This document shows positions 63,392 to 64,000 of a DNA stretch of 64,000 bases, one piece after another. The notes under the pieces are model-generated. The model was not told where the DNA came from, did no database searches, and saw nothing but the letters and a program-made list of their open reading frames with translations. The DNA lies in assembly GCA_964455395.1 (NCBI GenBank), contig CAYVWB010000010.1:13731-77730 (forward strand), in the 5' to 3' direction. Within the stretch, counting starts at the first letter, position 1. Every line of letters begins with the position of its first letter. The position numbers and the translations under genes were made by a program. Source of the stretch: an uncultured Desulfovibrionaceae bacterium. GTDB lineage: Bacteria; Desulfobacterota; Desulfovibrionia; Desulfovibrionales; Desulfovibrionaceae.

Positions 63392-64000
63392 TCACGCCCG
63401 CAGCCGCGTCAAGGCGCGCTGGAGCACCCGTTCCGCGTTCACCTGGGTCGCCTGGACTTCCGCGGCGGAGAGCCCCGCGCCAAGAGCCACGGCCTTGCGG
63501 AAGGCCGCGGGGTAGTAGTGGTCGTGGGTGTGGGCGTCCGTGTTGACCACGAGACGCGCGCCATGGGCTTGCGCCAACCGCGCCACGAGACCGTTGGTGA
63601 GGGAGTGCAGGGGTTTGGTGGAAAGCTCCAGGCAGACGTCGCGTTCGGCGGCGAGGGCGGCTTCCTGCGGGGTGAGCAGACCCGGGTGGGCCAGCACGTC
63701 CACGCCAGCTTCGATGGCGGCGAGGTTCACCCCGCGTGGGATGGGCTCCATGAGCGTCTCCCCGTGGACCACGACGACCACGGCGCCCAGTTCACGCGCG
63801 CGGGCCACGGTCTCCGCCATCAAGGCGGGGGGGACGTGGGTGAGCTCCACGCCTGGGTAGACGTCGATTTCCGCGTGCAAGGCGTCTCGGGCGGCGGCTT
63901 TGGTGGCGGCCACCACTGTGGGCAGGGATGTTTGGTCCGCGTGGTCGGCGAGGACGATGGCGCGGCAGCCGGCGGCTTTGGCGCGCTGTGCTGCTTCCGC
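63392..64000 (-). CDS. PHP-domain (histidinol-phosphatase-like) metal-dependent phosphoesterase, N-terminus outside window
   Basis: The frame stays open to the window edge. VVVVHGE and VNTDAHTHDH are PHP-type His/Asp metal ligand motifs. Confidence 0.6.
   Translation of the reverse strand, partial: AEAAQRAKAAGCRAIVLADHADQTSLPTVVAATKAAARDALHAEIDVYPGVELTHVPPALMAETVARARELGAVVVVVHGETLMEPIPRGVNLAAIEAGVDVLAHPGLLTPQEAALAAERDVCLELSTKPLHSLTNGLVARLAQAHGARLVVNTDAHTHDHYYPAAFRKAVALGAGLSAAEVQATQVNAERVLQRALTRLRA

Overview
High-GC (visibly about 65%) chromosomal segment. Gene content suggests a Desulfovibrio-like deltaproteobacterium, but that is inference and no search was run. Almost all of it is ordinary core genome. 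From start to end: (1) a light-sensing phosphorelay locus with hybrid HK, bphO heme oxygenase, bacteriophytochrome HK, a single-domain receiver and a REC-HK-REC protein; (2) an aminotransferase; (3) an SbcD/SbcC-like (YhaO/YhaN-type) nuclease/ATPase pair; (4) a 680-bp AT-richer gap with no credible ORF that holds two tandem paralogous ~205-nt units, each with its own intrinsic terminator, which I read as candidate structured small RNAs; (5) an AhpD/CMD-like gene and gap; (6) a minus-strand operon in which an RND pump and its membrane-fusion partner are separated by a swivel-His phosphotransferase, a UbiA prenyltransferase and a small membrane protein, followed by a secreted EF-hand protein; (7) the conserved tRNA-rimP-nusA-ylxR-infB-DUF503-nrnA-truB-rpsO-pnp cluster; (8) the flagellar block flgFGAHIJ-flgN-flgKL-csrA-fliW; (9) a serine hydrolase, a PP2C phosphatase and an orphan GspE/PilB ATPase; (10) tolQRAB-pal; (11) a sirtuin, a vWA protein, an OmpR/HK pair and a partial PHP phosphatase. 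I saw no CRISPR array, rRNA, transposase or integrase. The most unusual items are the tandem RNA-like units (14.4-14.9 kb), the split RND/biosynthesis operon (17.0-25.6 kb), and the O2-dependent bphO plus bacteriophytochrome relay with a perfect 9-bp x5 repeat in its leader. All product calls come from motifs read by eye in the supplied translations. No database search was possible.
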